From NCBI GenBank assembly GCA_040954595.2, contig CM082595.2:9661918-9725917 (forward strand): DNA of 64,000 bases. The letters run 5' to 3'. The stretch's first letter is position 1. Each line of letters begins with the position of its first letter. The notes beneath the pieces are model-generated. The model saw only the letters and a list, made by a program, of their open reading frames with translations. It did not search any database and was not told the origin of the DNA. Below are positions 24,373 to 39,171 of the stretch, piece after piece. Position numbers and translations under genes: made by a program. Source of the DNA: Balanoglossus misakiensis. Its lineage: Eukaryota; Animalia; Hemichordata.

Positions 24373-26013
24373 TGTTCCTGATGCTCCTTGAGAACTGTCA
24401 AGTAGCCACGGTTCTAGGCGACATAGGATGGATGTCCACGGTACGGGAGGAGGCCATGCATGTATACGGGAAGGAAAAGAATGAAGCCAACCTGCCCGTA
24501 CCATCCGACGCAGCCATAAAAACCTGCACACTACCTCGGGAGTTCAATCCAGGCCGCGTACGTGGGGGATTCGTTGGCCATATCTCCCCGCAAGAGCCCA
24601 CAAGAACCACCACCGCAGCTGACGACCTGGAGGAAACTTTGAGCATCTTCCGGGATCCGCAGCTGGAAAAACAGGTACTCGGTGGCGACAAGGACCAGGC
24701 GATGGAGGTGTCGGAAGGGCCAGACCCACCCCGCACCCGTGTATCACCCCCAATAGCAGTAGCGAGAGACGGGGGAAACCAAGGGCTGCTGCAGGAGCCA
24801 TCACCCCCACGCCAAGAAATGCTGCCGCTGCAGTCACTGATCAACCCATTGGAGCTGGAGGCGACGTTGGAGGCGGGGGAATATCTAATCCCCTGGGAAC
24901 TTCGACGCCACCCCGGCAGCCCTACTAGGTCCAGATCCCCAACCCGGTCGCCGCGACCGGAGCGTTCTCGAGAGGAAAGGCGGGACCGCCCACCTTCCCG
25001 TGAACGACCATCCTTTTCACGCTGGGGAGATCTCAGCCCCAGACGTCGATCACCGATCCGGTATCCGACGCCGGAACCGCCCAAAGAAGACGAACGCCGC
25101 TGGAGGAGCGCCAGGCCGGCCCAAAGGAGCCCCCTATCCTCTGTTCCACATTACTCATCAGGCCCTTCTCCATGTCCGTTCCCGGGAGGCCGGAGGTCCA
25201 CGCGCAAACTGAAGAAACACGCCTTTCAGTGCCACCTTCCAGTTATTTTTACTGAGAAGCCGGTAGTATTCCGCGAGTGGGACGCGGTTGAGGCGTTAGA
25301 GAAACTCACCTATACTGGCTGTGTGGTCCAGGAAATGAAATACCCGACCTGCTAGACTTCTATATCCGCAGGGGCGGACCTGGACGGATCCCTACGGAAT
25401 CCTTTTGTTCACCGGAGTCCATGGTGATGATGAAGCGCCTGTGCGTCTTCCAGGGGTGGGAGGTGCCGAACAGGTTCCGACTGAGCTCCCCCACCACACC
25501 AGCGATTCTCATCCACTGGCGTGTCCTTAGCATACTGCTGAGGTGGGTATCCCAATCACGACAGGAAGAATTCCGGGAAATCCGACCTCACCGGAAAACA
25601 TCATCAATCCGGACACAGCAACCAGAGAGGACGGGGGCGGAAGCAGTCGCACAGAATCCATCGACGCAGGGGGAGCGAGGACGCGCCAGGGGTTTTTGAT
25701 GCATTTTTTATCCCCCAAGCGTGCGCGGAGGAGTGCCGAGTGGAAGACGCGCCCACCACCATAGATGACCTCACTGACTACGATGTTGGTGTCCCCCCTG
25801 TTATGTTTCCATCAACATGGGAATAATAATGCGATCATAAGGTATAACAACAACCTATTTATTGATCGGCTGAAAAGACTCAACAATGTGCTTCGCCTTA
25901 TCTGGGCGGAAGTGACGTCGTACAGCAATTCATAAACAAGTGGAACACCAACAATGCAACACTAGAGGGCGCTATATTGATCGTAGCTGTCAGAATACTA
26001 CACCCCCCCCCCC
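24373..26013. mobile_element. GC-rich foreign insert, probably retroelement-derived (Pro/Arg-rich ORF with CP..KKH..CHLP motif; LTR/PPT-like end)
   Basis: Abrupt GC rise where homology to the mirror exon flank stops. The minus strand shows G11 then TGTAGT at 26002 and AATAAA near 25860. No RT or integrase motifs. Confidence 0.4.
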
Positions 26014-28798
26014 GCATGTTTAAAGGTTTCTATAGAAAAGCATTGTTGAGGTTCACAAAACTTTGAAGAAGCTTTGCAACCCTAACTTTGGCCAAAGATT
26101 TGAATGTTAAGGTTTCACAAACGTAGTTACAGCTGAGGTTCAACTAAGACTAGTATAAGAGGCTTCAGCACGCCAAGTCTTGTAGCAAGCTTCAACACAA
26201 AGCTTTTTGCAACATTGTTCAAAGCGTTGTCAAAGGTACTGCACAACCCTGGTGAAGTAGTGCTATATTTTCAATTAAATGGCTTAAGCCATTTGTCTCT
26301 CCAACCAGAATTGCACCAGAGTTAAATACACACAGCTTGAAATTGTAAAATGTTGCAAAATCAAACGATCACATCCTTACACCTATTATTAGAACCAGAA
26401 GTTGAGTCAAAATTTTCCTACCTAGAAATTTTCTTTCCTATGAAGTTTTTTGCTTATTGGCATTCATATGGGAGCCTAGACCTATTCCAGCTGAGTTGCC
26501 AAAATGGCAATGTTGGACAATTCTTCTAATATGCATGATCAAAAATGGCCGCCAAATACCTTCTCTAAAATAAAACTTGGCCCTTTTTTCTCAAAATTAT
26601 GTGTAATATCTAAAATTTCAGGATTTGCATCCATATTGGTTATGTATTGCAAATATGGCAGTGTTTGGCAACTTTTCTATTTTGCATAATCAAAAATGGC
26701 CGCCAATCACCACTAAAAGTGAAATTTTGCCATGTTTCCCAAAATGATGCGCAATATCGTATTTTCAGGATTAGCACATTCATATGGGTACCTTTAACAA
26801 TACAACTGTGTTGCAAATTTGGCAGTGTTACCGTACTAATCATGAAGCAAGGAAGTGCAACCTCTGTATCCCAAATATATGTCTATCCCCACTCACAAAG
26901 AGCCAGCCCCTCTGCATCATCCTGTTCCTCAACTTCACGATGGGAATCCTTTTCAGAATTCCGACCTCAAAACATCCAGGGATTCACCATCATTCACCAC
27001 ACCCTCGTCAGTATCCACCATGTTTAGATCCAATGCCTGAACATGTTGTCTCTTTATCTATGGATTGCGTTAAAGGCCAGTGGGAGTTTCATCTCCTTTT
27101 TTTGCAATTTTGACCATTTTTATCTGGTGCATAATGCTAGAGTACATATCATCCATACAGGATGATGCATGTACAGTGATGGGAAATGTATCAATCCAAA
27201 CCTGCACTAGATTTGCATACAGTGCCATACCTTTTAGGGCTATTTTCTTGACCCTTTTGATAGTCTGCTGGCCAAAAGTGGCTGGCCAAAGTGGCCAGCA
27301 GAGACATTCTTCCAATACCCTTCATAGTGCCAACAGACAAGGCTTGGATATACAACCTGTGTTGCTTGTAAGGCACACATCTCCAATTGGTACATTGGGC
27401 CAATTATACTGTACATGTGTACAGCTAGGAAAAAAATATACTTCATCATAGTTTCCATGGTCAGCAGCTTCAATAACTTGTTGCCTTTTCTTACTGAACA
27501 TTTTGACTTATAAAGAAGTATAACAAGAATAAAGTTGTCCAATTAGTGTTGGCAGGGGGGTGGGGGATGTGTTCTCCCATACAAAGGTGTATAGGTATGT
27601 AGTCTTTAAGAAAAACTTGGGGTAAATGACCAGAAAATTTGACTTATAATACAAATAGGTCGGGTTTTGGGCATTTACACGTGTTGATGTTATCGACTGG
27701 GGCGACAGACTACCATCCGAAAATATTTCAAGTACCCCCCCCCCCCCTCGGGTGCCGGCCAGTGGGATGGAGGTGATAGAAACTGTTGTAGATACAATAG
27801 AGGCCTACAACCTGAAAACCTTCTGGCTTTAACCGAGGACTTGCCATTAAAGATACCTGTAGGCCCCTATATGCTGCTCCCACATACACTCCCAGTCCTA
27901 AACCTTGCATCTGATTTGTGGTGCAGATGAAGAATTAAGATTGGCTTGACAATTAGCACACTTAATTGCCTGTTATGAGATATAATACATACAATCATGG
28001 GACAAGAATGGCAAAAGTTAAATTATCCAGCAGGTGTTTGAATTATGCAAATTAGAGCAGTTGTCTAATATTGCCATGTCAACCATGTTGAAATTGTTTT
28101 AGGTACCCATATTAATGGAAACCCTGCAAATTCGATATTACACACCATTTAAAACAAATATGGGAAATTAACATGTTAGAGAAATTTGGCGGCCATTTTG
28201 GATTATGCAAATTAGAACAGTTGTCTAATATTGCCATGTCAACCATGTTGAAATTGTTTTAGGTACCCAGGAGAGTTGAATGAAAATGCCATTTGCAATG
28301 CAGTTGTCTTGTATTGGGTGCCCATATTAAGGCATTCTTGAAAACGAAACATTATTCATCATTTTGACGCAAACAGAAAAGGTGTTCAAATGCAAATTGG
28401 AAGAGTTGCCCAACCCTGCCATATTTGCAATACAGTTGTAGTGACTGTCAACTCGACTACAGACAGTCTCGATGAACACAAGACATGATCCCAATTTGCA
28501 AGCTGAGTTGAAACTGACTGCTGCAGTAACTTAGCTGTGGGAATGTCTTGTGTGATTTAAAACAATGATGACCAAATTTAACACAGTTTCTCTGAGGTAA
28601 CCATTTAGCTTTCAGGACTAAGTTTGTTTAAGAATCCTTTATTCTACCCAAGGAACAAATTTCCTTAGAATTTCACAACTGAGACACAGTTTACAGATAT
28701 ACAAAAAGTGCGTACTACAAACATAAGAAATTGTTTGCATTTTTTTTTTCTGATGGCAATGCATTTGACTGTAAACAGACATTGACGTCCTTTAGTAA

Positions 28799-29627
28799 GG
28801 GACTGTTCAGTTATGGTGGAGGGGGGGGGGCAAAAGTTTGTGTCATTGGTTTTCAAAATCAGGCCGACACCCCCTTCAACCAGGACCAAAAAAATGATGA
28901 CCCCCCCCCCTTTGACAGGACCAAAATATGATGACCCTCCTCCCACCCCGAAAACATTCGCCATCCTTATCTTATGTACACTGACTGTATGCAATAAAGG
29001 TAAAGGGTCTCCTCACACCTCAATTCTAAATTTCTTAAAGAAATTTATAATTTGAAGTGTATAATAGTATAGCGTTGCAATAAAGAAGGTCTATGGATAA
29101 ATTAAAAGGACACGTCAATACAATAGTTGGTAGAATTGGTAAAACAAGAAAAGTGGAAGGGGTGGGTGTACGTAGGACAATTTTGTAAAATACAATTAAT
29201 GCATTTTAATGAACTCAAAGGCAAATTAACTTAATGTTGGGGAGGACAAATTTGACTTTTGCCACTCAAAGTTAACATCAGTGGGGGTGGGATGGCAAGT
29301 ATTCTGCCCTGGTACACTATATGTGGCGAAGAAATAAGGGGATGGGTGTGGGAGGGGATGTCCTCCTTCCACATAAGAAAACTTTGTAAAATATGTAGCT
29401 CAAAGTTGCATTTTAATGAAGTCAAAAGCAAATTACATGTATCTCAATGTTTGAAAGGACCAATTTTACTGTTGCCACTCCACTCAAAGTTAGCATCGGT
29501 GGGTACATGTATATGACATCCCCCCTAAACGTTTGAAAAAAAGATGACTCCCTCTTTTGGATTTCAAAATTTAAGTGACCCCCTGGATTTTGCCAGCCTC
29601 CCCCCACCGTAAAAACTGAATGGTCCC
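28799..29627. mobile_element. MITE, PIF/Harbinger-like
   Basis: TIR GGGACTGTTCAGTT / AACTGAATGGTCCC with TAA on both sides; absent from paralogous repeat copies (about 9495 and 55915). Confidence 0.75.
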
Positions 29628-32600
29628 TAAGCGCTATTTTGTCAGTGAAATGGCTCCATTATTATCCCTCCAACCATAGTTGAAACGGAGTTAAATATGT
29701 ACAGCTTGAAATCATAAAATGTTGCAAAATTGAACCAAGAGTTTGGTCAATGATCAAGTTCTTACAGCTATTACTAGAACCATACAGTCTCAGCGAACAA
29801 GAGACATTGGTCCGATTTGCAAGCCGAGTTGGAACTGACTTTGCCTGCACACAGATGTGCCAATTTCAGCGAATCTTATCGTATTTAAAAATGAATATGG
29901 AGAATTGTTATCTGTGTTCCTATTGCTAGCCTACATACATGTAGCTGTTGTCATTCTAGTGTTTTTTTTCTGTATACCAAAATTGCCACACTGTTTGGGA
30001 TACTTTTATCAAATGTTATGTGATACTATATCAGCCTGTTTTGGGGATCTTGACAATGACATATATTAGACTTTTCATACACAGCATGAGGTAGAATTTC
30101 AGAAAAGATTAGGTAATAAGACTGTATATCTCATAGGAAATAATCACTTTAGAAGTATTACGATAAAAAAAAATCATTTCACTCTTATTGGGAGCATACA
30201 TTTGTAAAACATACATACAGACATGAATACAGACATAGAGAGATCAAGGTGTATACGATTTTCAGTGGGGGAGGGGGTCCTCCTTAATTGCAAACAACTA
30301 TGTAATGGTAATTTCCCTTTTATAATAACAATTTTTGAGGTATAAGGAAAAAATATCAAACAAAATAAACAAAAAAACTAATTCAGCTATGATTTGATTC
30401 AATTATCATTCTAAAGAAGCACATATCATTAACTCACTACTAAACTTTTAAAGTGATCAACCATGCACTTTCTGAGAATTTTTTTATGCCCCCAAAATAC
30501 AATTTTTTCATTTTCAGAACATTTATGATATATCACAGTAAAAAAATCCCCTGGAAACTGCAAAACAAAAAATTGCAAAGCAATCAAACAAAAATGGCAA
30601 AAATTGTCCACAAAAACTATATTGACAGTTCCATCATAGGATTTGTTAAAATGTCGTGATAACACACCTAGGAACCTGCAAACCAAATTTCAAAGAACTG
30701 TGAGTAGAGGTTTTTGAGTATTTGACCAAAATCACCCCAAAAATATACTTCAAACCAGATATTAACTGAATATGCTCACGTGCAGTACTGTGATTGGTTG
30801 ACAGAATAACAAGATTAGAAAAACCAGTGTTAAACCAATTTGGTTTATAGTGTATATGGTGTAAGGGTTGTGTGTTGCACCATTGTGAAATGTAAACATG
30901 TTTGTGGAATTGTTGCCTTGTCAATTTTTGTAAGGGGTTATGAGTCATGTACCCCATCCTGAACTGCATAAAAAGATAAGTCTATGGAATTCTAAAACTC
31001 GTTAATCAAAAATGGCAAGAAATATACCAAAAAATATGAATATTTCACCAGATTTCAACAAATCTGATTTCTGTTCATGCCTAAGAACCTCTTTAACAAG
31101 TTTCAATAAGGAAGACATTTTGGCAAACAACAGGTAATTCAGACAAATCTGACTGATATCACATATATGAATTCCCATTCAAAGTTTCCAATCAATTGGA
31201 CTTGTGGTTTCACTGAAGACTATTTGGCCAAACCCTGCAGAATTCCCAAAAAATACAATTATGCAAATTTCTTTACAATTTGATCATATCTGACTGAGAT
31301 CACCCCTAGAAACCCAAATACAAAGTATCAAAACAATTGCACTTACAGTTTCACGGGATTTGATTTTTTGACAAAAACAGGAAATATTGCCCAAAAATGC
31401 ATTTTTGCAAATTTCACCACCGTTTGCACAAATGTGATTCAGGTAAGCCCTATGAACCTCCATACCAAGTTTCCAATCAATTGGACATGTAATTTCAGAG
31501 AAGAATTTTTTTAAACAAAACTGCAGAAAATTCCCCCAAACATTCATAAAAAATAGCAAACGCCAGATACTGACTCCACCTGAACAAAATCATACGAGGT
31601 CTTCCCATAGTACTTGCACACCAATGCACGCCAATTTTTAACTGAATCTGATCCGCTGTTATTAAGTTTTTCAATTTTGACTATTTGAACATTTTTCCAG
31701 TTAATACCAGTATGCATTTTTTCGCAATAACAATTTCTATGTACACACTAAATATCAGTAGTTTCAAGTTTTTGATGTTGATGGACATACACATACATAC
31801 ATCAATACATTTAGACGAAACTGATCCATTCGCAAAATACATAATTCTGTATGAGGCACACATACAGACATACATAGACGACGGACACCAACTTATGCTA
31901 TAAGCTGACATTGATATACATGTTAGCCAAAAACCAAAATCAACCTCAAAATAGACATTAAAATATATTGCACCACCATGAGAAGACAAATTCATTTTTC
32001 GACAAATTTTCTGGGGCGTCATTGATATAGCATGGCATATTGTCAAAGTACGTAGTCTCTGTGATAAGATTCCATACACACAAAATGGTAACCTTGGAAG
32101 TCCAGCTGACGTAGTTATGCAATGGCGTCTCGTGTATTCCGTCGCCAAAAAATCATCGTAAAATTGATAGTCGGGGTCACAATTCAAGACGACTTTCTCT
32201 AAATTCTTTATGAATGGATTAAATCGAAATCGAAATGTTGACGTATGACGTACGGAATGAGATCTGAACAGACATTCAATGTTATCATTCTCGCTCGATC
32301 ACATATTGGGTAAGCCATCTAGCAATCGCTATATAGTATTGGCGATAACAGACTGTCTATAAACTCACAAAACGGATTTTACTGTTGAGTGTGATCAACC
32401 GCCACGTTATTTTTCTCTGAACAATAGACAAATAGAAAGCCTGGTGACATTTTTAGATTGACTGCGTGAGGACCACAATATGCGTGAATCATTTACGGTT
32501 TGTCTTGATGAATGGGTCACGTCATAGTCATAACGCGGATTCGGCTGCACGCCAACTATCCGCCATATATTGTCTCCACTAACTTACTCGTAAGTAGTTT

Positions 32601-32844
32601 CAAACTTCATTTGAAAAGAGTATTCGTCTGACAGTCCTGTAGATTAACAATTTACGCTCTATAAAGCAACTAAACAACGTTAGCTTCCTTGTGGATTCAC
32701 GTAGGGAAGTTATTCGTAACGACGGGTACATCGTCTGAGCATGGACAGAACAACGGCAATATCGCCAGGAATGTCTCATTTCACAGCGCCCTCAAACAGT
32801 CGATCTCCTCAAACTATCGTTTCCACTGGTCATATATGCGGCAT

Positions 32845-33108
32845 TAACGAAAGCTCACATAGACAACCATGTAATAGAAAAATTAAAACTTAAATAACTT
32901 CATTAATATCAAAGCTACACCCACCAAAACATTTTCAGTTCTTGCCATATGATATCTGAACCTGTGTACTAAATTTGGTTGAAATCGGTTCAGCGGTTCT
33001 TGAGATATCGGGTATACAGACAGACACACACACACATACATACATACACACACACACACACAGACATCGCTAAACCATAAGCTCACGTGATTTTCACGTG
33101 AGCTAAAA
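32845..33108 (-). mobile_element. Short HINE (pearl/DINE-like) of a different family
   Basis: Minus strand reads TTTTTAGCTCACGTGaaaatCACGTGAGCT, then a (TG)/(TATG) microsatellite, then a distal GTGAGCT near 32852. Confidence 0.6.
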
Positions 33109-36100
33109 ATGAAAAGAAATCCATGAGGTCTCAAAATGAATACACACCAATTTCTAAAGCAATTTGACCAGTTTCCACCAATTTCACATTGGTCCCAGTG
33201 GTAGATAGACATATACGAAATGGGAACCAAAGAATAAAACACATTTCAAAGATTTAACATCTTTTTCCTCAAGAGTGTTTTTCAAATCTTCTCCACATCC
33301 TTCAAAATCGCCACCATAAAGCCATATTACTTGTAGTGCTTATGTTTGTCATATCTAGGTGATGCATACCACTATAGATGTGTACCCTTTGTATAGAGGC
33401 AGATTAAACAGGTGTGGTACCTGTTAAATATCTGACTTCTTTAAATTACAGCCACAATCGTCTGTCAACAAGATGTTCATGTAGATGTATACCTAGCAGT
33501 AAGCTTATTTAGATTGACAAATCTTAGATGAAAATAATGAAAAAGTGGCACAACCCTTAGGGCTTTAACTAGCAGCTTTATGCCAGATGAGTTCGAGTCT
33601 AACGATGTAATGTTGACATTAAGGTTTCATTGAAATAACTTGGGAACCTCTCTACTATTTGAAGCACCAAAGCTGTGAAAAACTTCCTTCTTTCCCTGAG
33701 TTTTTTATGAATATGTTCTAATCTGGGACAAAAATTTGTTGCCAAGTGTCTTGACTCCTTTACCAAATGTCAGGGACCGGATTTTTTTCAGCAAAATTTC
33801 AAATAACCTTGGCTGATTTTTTACCTACTTTCACATATTGGGTAGCATGAAAAAAAGTATGGCTTCCAGAAGGGTTATAGATACAGTGTTTTGTAATAAC
33901 AAGAATTAACATGAAACTATAATTTCATGGTTAATTTAGGACCGCCTTAATCTATGGTAACGTCATTAAATATTTGCATATCTAATTGTAGGCTATCCAG
34001 TGGAGGGAGAAACCTAAACATGGACAACATTGGGGTCAAAATTGTTTGACAGAACTTTGGGTGACTTTGGGTAAACCTTGACCAACATTACTATATCTTG
34101 GCATCCAGAGCAGATGCAACCTTGACACTTGGAGTGATGGAAATGCATAATGGAGTATTATGTCTCAGCTAGTCACAGTGCTTTTGCTGTGTTTTATGTC
34201 TTTTATTCAGCCAAATTAGATGTTTTTTATTACACATTGGCTGTGTTTTCCAGTACTTTTTAGCTGGTCACACTGCCTTAAGACAATGTATTCTCAAAAT
34301 ACCATGCAATCATTATGAAGCATATACAGCAGACAACGTTATGGTATGACTGAACTTGCCCTTCTTTGTGACTAAAGCATGACCGGCCTGTCTTAGGTGG
34401 CCCCTACCTAGGGGCTTTACCCGTCATTGGCTCACAGTCTGAGAAATCAGCTCTGCAGGGAAGTTAACGATGTAACCCACCATTAAAGCTTGGATTTCCG
34501 CTTTTTGTATCTGATGCCTGGCTGAGGCCTTCTTAGGATCTACCCAACGCTGAGTAGGCTATCCCGTCATTGGCACACAGTCTCAGGGAGGGAGTCCAAA
34601 GTTCAGTATACCAGCAAAGCCTTTATATTGTCCATTCTTTTTAAGAGAAGGCTGGCTGCTGTAGAAAAATGTTGATCTCAAATGTATCATGTCCAAAAAA
34701 AGGCAGACTTCCAGCCCTATTGGTTAGGCTGGCATTAGGTATGTACATAATTAATGAGACAAGACATAATATTCCATTACATAGTTCAATAACTCCAAGT
34801 GTCAAGGATGTATCTGTGCTGGATGCCAAGATATAGGAATGTAGGTCAAAGTTTACCCAAGATCACCCAAAAGTTTGTCAAAAGATTTTGACCCCAGAGT
34901 TGTCCATGTCCAGGTTACCACATCCTCTAGAATAAGATATGCACATATTTAATGAGGTTACCATAGCTCAAGGGGGTCTTTAATTAACCATCAACATTTA
35001 GTTTCATATTAATGCATGTTAATATAATACACTGTATCTATAACCCTACTGGTAAGCCTAGAATTAGGTACATGCGAAAGTTTTTGACAAGATAGATAAG
35101 TTGTAAAATATGTACATGAACCTGACAATTGACTTAAAATAACATAAGGCAGACTTGATACTTATCGGAGATAGATACTAATAACAACAGTGATGTTAAT
35201 TACACCGGGAATGTTTGTCTTATTATAGCTACATGTAAAAGACTGCTTGAGGTAATGTAATTAAAGTGACCACTTGCGATTCACCTTCAAAGTGCTATGC
35301 AAGTCTACGGTACATTGTTTTTCCAATGATTGGACAAAGGATATTCATAATGTGTAATTAAGGCTGGATAGCATTTTCAATGTAATAAGCCCTGCCTTCA
35401 CTATAATCTTACGCCAAATCAACATTGTTCAGTTTATGTTAATAATTTCACTAAGGGACACTTGTTACATCAAATTTCCCAGCAAGGGGTGTCAGATTAT
35501 TGGGCAAGTGGCATGCATGACACTAGACGATACTTTTGGAAGCAAAGCGGACAGAACACGGCTGGATATAGACTAGGTAATTCTGAATGTGACCATGAAC
35601 TGTACCACAGACTCTGTATTGTATGTTTCTGAAGAATCCCATTTAACCCAGACATCAACATACTTCAACCTTGTAAGAAGTAGAACATACATGATTTACT
35701 AGTAAATATTTGCTAGGTTATTACACACTTTGGATTACACAAAAATAGGTGTGTACACCGCTGTGACATTGCCAAGCAGATATGACCTACCAGGTAACCT
35801 AATACAATTTCACAGGAATCGGAGTATTTTCAGTGAAAACAACATTTCTTCAACAATGACAAAAACTGCCTCAACCACAAAAATTCAGATATCAACAAAT
35901 CCAACAATATCTCACTTCAATCACCACAAGGAACATGCCTACCAAAATTGAAAGCAATTTGACATGCGGTTTCAAAGAATACAAATTGCAAAAATTGCCT
36001 CAAGACCACAAATATGCAAATTTCACCAAAATGATATACAACATTACTTGGGTTACCTCATGGAACAAGCAAACCAAAATTTAAATGCAACCTGACCTGA

Positions 36101-38339
36101 CATGGAGTTTCAGAGAAAATGATTTTTGACCAAAAATGACAAAATTATATTTCCCAAAAATTACAAATTTTGCCACAATTTAAACAATACTAACAAAGAT
36201 TACCTATAGGAAATAGCTTACTAAATTATAGATACAATTCACGATATTAGCTGAAAGTATATCAGGCGTGACATAGGCTACATGCATACAAATGTTCAAA
36301 GCAATCTGACCAGTTGTTGAGTTTCTGAGTTTTGATCAATTTCACATTGCTCCAGGTAATTAGCATATTTCATTTGAACAGGCGTGCCTGCATCTAAAAA
36401 CCCAATATCAAGACTTACCACACAGACTCTGTATTGTATGTTTCTGGAGTAATCAAATAAAACCAATCATGAAAATACTTCAACCTTCTTAATATGAACA
36501 AAATCCTATTTACAGGCTGGCCTACATCTACACACCAAATATCAAGGGGATACGCGAAGGGGTTTTCAAGTTTTTGATGTGGACAGACATACATACATCC
36601 ATACATACTACATACACACATACAGAGGCAACTGACTGGTCAGAAGGCATGAGCAAAAATGCAGGAAATCAATGTTGTGACACTGGTAGTAGGCCTTAAT
36701 GTATACAATATCAAGACAGTTTATTTAACATGAAGTTTGATATGTTCATAATCATTCAGAGCTAAGCATATTTTGAAATTGTAAAATTAATATCAATCAC
36801 ATGAAAACTGACAGCATGCTTTCATTTGGGAATTTAGGTATTGTAATTAACACTAACAGTCATGAAACTATTGAATCGTCAATAAAATCATACAGTAGAA
36901 ATTAATGGGTTTTCTATTTATATGCGATATGAAAATGCAACTTGTGGTCCTTCGGCCAGTAAGAGGCATCAGATAATATTGTAAGACCCAGTTGCCCAAT
37001 TGATTAGACCTACATGTATGCGCTGTGTGAAGCGCAAGTTATGGCAACTGAATTCACAGGACACTGAAGAAAGTGGAATCACTCAAGGTACATATGTATA
37101 CATGTAGGCTAACAATCACAACACAGAGAATAGTTCTCCATATTCATTTTTAATACGATAAGATTCACTGAATTGGCGCATCCATGGGCAGGCAAGGTTA
37201 GTTCCAACTCAGTTTGCAAATCAGGCCCATGTATCTTGTTCCCTGAGACTGTCTGCTTCTAATAATAGCTGTAAGAACATAATCGTTGACCGAATGGTTG
37301 GTTCAATTTTGCAACATTTTATGATTTCAAGCTGTGCAATATTTGCAACTCAGTTTCAACTTTGGTTGGAGGGATGATGATGAAGCAATTTCACTGACAA
37401 AATAGCACTACTAACTGACGTCAATATTTGTTCAAAGTTAAATGCATTGCTATCAGAAAAATGTATACTAAAAGTTTCGTATGTGAATAATAACACTTTT
37501 TCGTATAACTGCAAACCCTGTCACAGTTGTGAAATTCTAAGAAAATTCATTCATTAGGTAGAATTCGTGCTTTATGAATTCTTAAACAAACTTAGTCATG
37601 AAACCTAAATGGTTACCTTACACATGTTGAGGCTCGACTTCTGTGATATGATAGTCTTTAATTAATGTGTATGTGATTCCATACAAATCCATATGATTAC
37701 CTGAACATACAAAATAAATTAAAAATAAATACATAAATTAAAAATAAATAAGTATCTCATACATATGCATAAGTGCTTGTGAGAAATATATCATATATCT
37801 AAATAAACCTGTCATTTATTGACCTCATTTTCCCAGTAAACCAAAGGACTAAATTGCACTTTAATATTACAGCTTCATTTCAATGCAACAGGTACACTAC
37901 ATCATAAGGGAACAAATATGCCAGCTCAACATTTATATAAACAGTGTCAAAATATAAGTGGCTACAAAAGCTTGTGTCCCTTCAATCCATTCTCCCACTC
38001 AGGTCAAACGTGTTACATATTAAAATTGCAATGTGCATAATATACAATTAGTCTTTTGTAAATTCAGACTGAGAAAATATGACTGATAAACATTATCTGG
38101 CACATGTTGGTGAATGGCTGGCGCTGATGTTGTGGGTTGAAATCCGAACTATGATTATCGCGGGTACAAATCACATTTATTTTCTCAGAGACAACACGTT
38201 TGCAACTTCGGGACAGAAAGGTGAAAACGAACGTCATTAGTTCTTGGGAAAAAACTCTGAAATCAATTTCGGTGAGGTCAAATGTGTTCCAAAGGCAAAC
38301 CGTTTCTGGTAAACAAATCAATGGCAAATAGTTACTTCG

Positions 38340-38540
38340 GCGACTTACCAATCAATCAACATGGCTGCCAAATCGTTGGATATCCCGGTTTCATCTCGCG
38401 ATCATTCTATCTTCCGATATGGCGTTGCTTGGTTAAATTCGCCTCTTCTTTGCCGACATAGTCGGGCGACAGCGGTCCAGAAGCATATACAGCGACGCCA
38501 TCTTGTTTACAATGTGAAGTATCAACTGCGCATGCTCAAT
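38340..38540 (-). promoter_or_regulatory. CpG-rich promoter/first-exon-like segment at the palindrome end
   Basis: NRF1-like ACTGCGCATGC (about 38525), YY1-like CAAGATGGCG on minus (about 38496-38505), splice donor G|GTAAGT on minus (about 38345). Confidence 0.4.
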
Positions 38541-39072
38541 GGTTGTTGATTGGAAAGTGGGCAGAGCCTGCAAGATCCAGGGTTCGCTTGACCGGCCAAA
38601 CGCGGTTATTCTCCCTAGACCAAATCATTTAAGCGTCAGGCGTAATACATCACATAATTGACTGGAAAACTAAACAGTCTTCCACCTATATATCAACACA
38701 GTTTATTAAACCAGCACCCGCGCAAATATTCACAAGTATATGATTAAAATTGATGAAATCATTAATCGCACGGTTACAGCTGTCATAGTTTCTAATAATA
38801 TTATTCACTGGTAGCGCTGACATACCATGTTGAAACTTGTCGCGGAAAACAAGATAATTGATCTTACGGTGTCATTTGTTTTTAAAAAGTGCTTAATAAC
38901 TATTGATCCCATTGATATATTTTTTCCATATTTATATATTTTTCGCAAATTTTGACTGCTTGGGCTACTAATAGCATGGTGATCACAATGGATTTACCAC
39001 CTCCCAGCTGCGTTATAAAAGAATGCCTATTCTGTGGACACTAGCCTCATCGAAGACCGAACGTGTTCATCG

Positions 39073-39171
39073 ATGTTTCCATTCATGACGAACTCCAATG
39101 CAGGCGTCGCAGTCATTCTGGCTTTCACGCTGTGGGCACCTCTGGTGACAGCAATTCCCAACAAGTTGCGG
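39073..39171 (+). CDS. Putative first coding exon with signal peptide
   Basis: TATAAAA at 39014-39020; MFPFMTNSNAGVAVILAFTLWAPLVTA-IPNKLR followed by a consensus donor |GTAAGT (phase 0). Confidence 0.5.

Larger units (their letters stand above)
27360..38545 (-). repeat. Right arm of the giant diverged palindrome
   Basis: Ordered reverse-complement matches: 27360-27545/21831-21995; 27545-27690/11040-11207; 27900-28800/9480-10950; 29630-29970/9170-9500; 30450-30750/8400-8630; 33110-35590/5900-8380; 35590-37200/1-2047; 37200-38545/55005-56130. Confidence 0.88.

Noticed and set aside
24123-25355. Single 410-aa protein
   Set aside because: Chimera of intron, OB exon and GC-rich insert; splice sites and the mirror copy delimit the exon.
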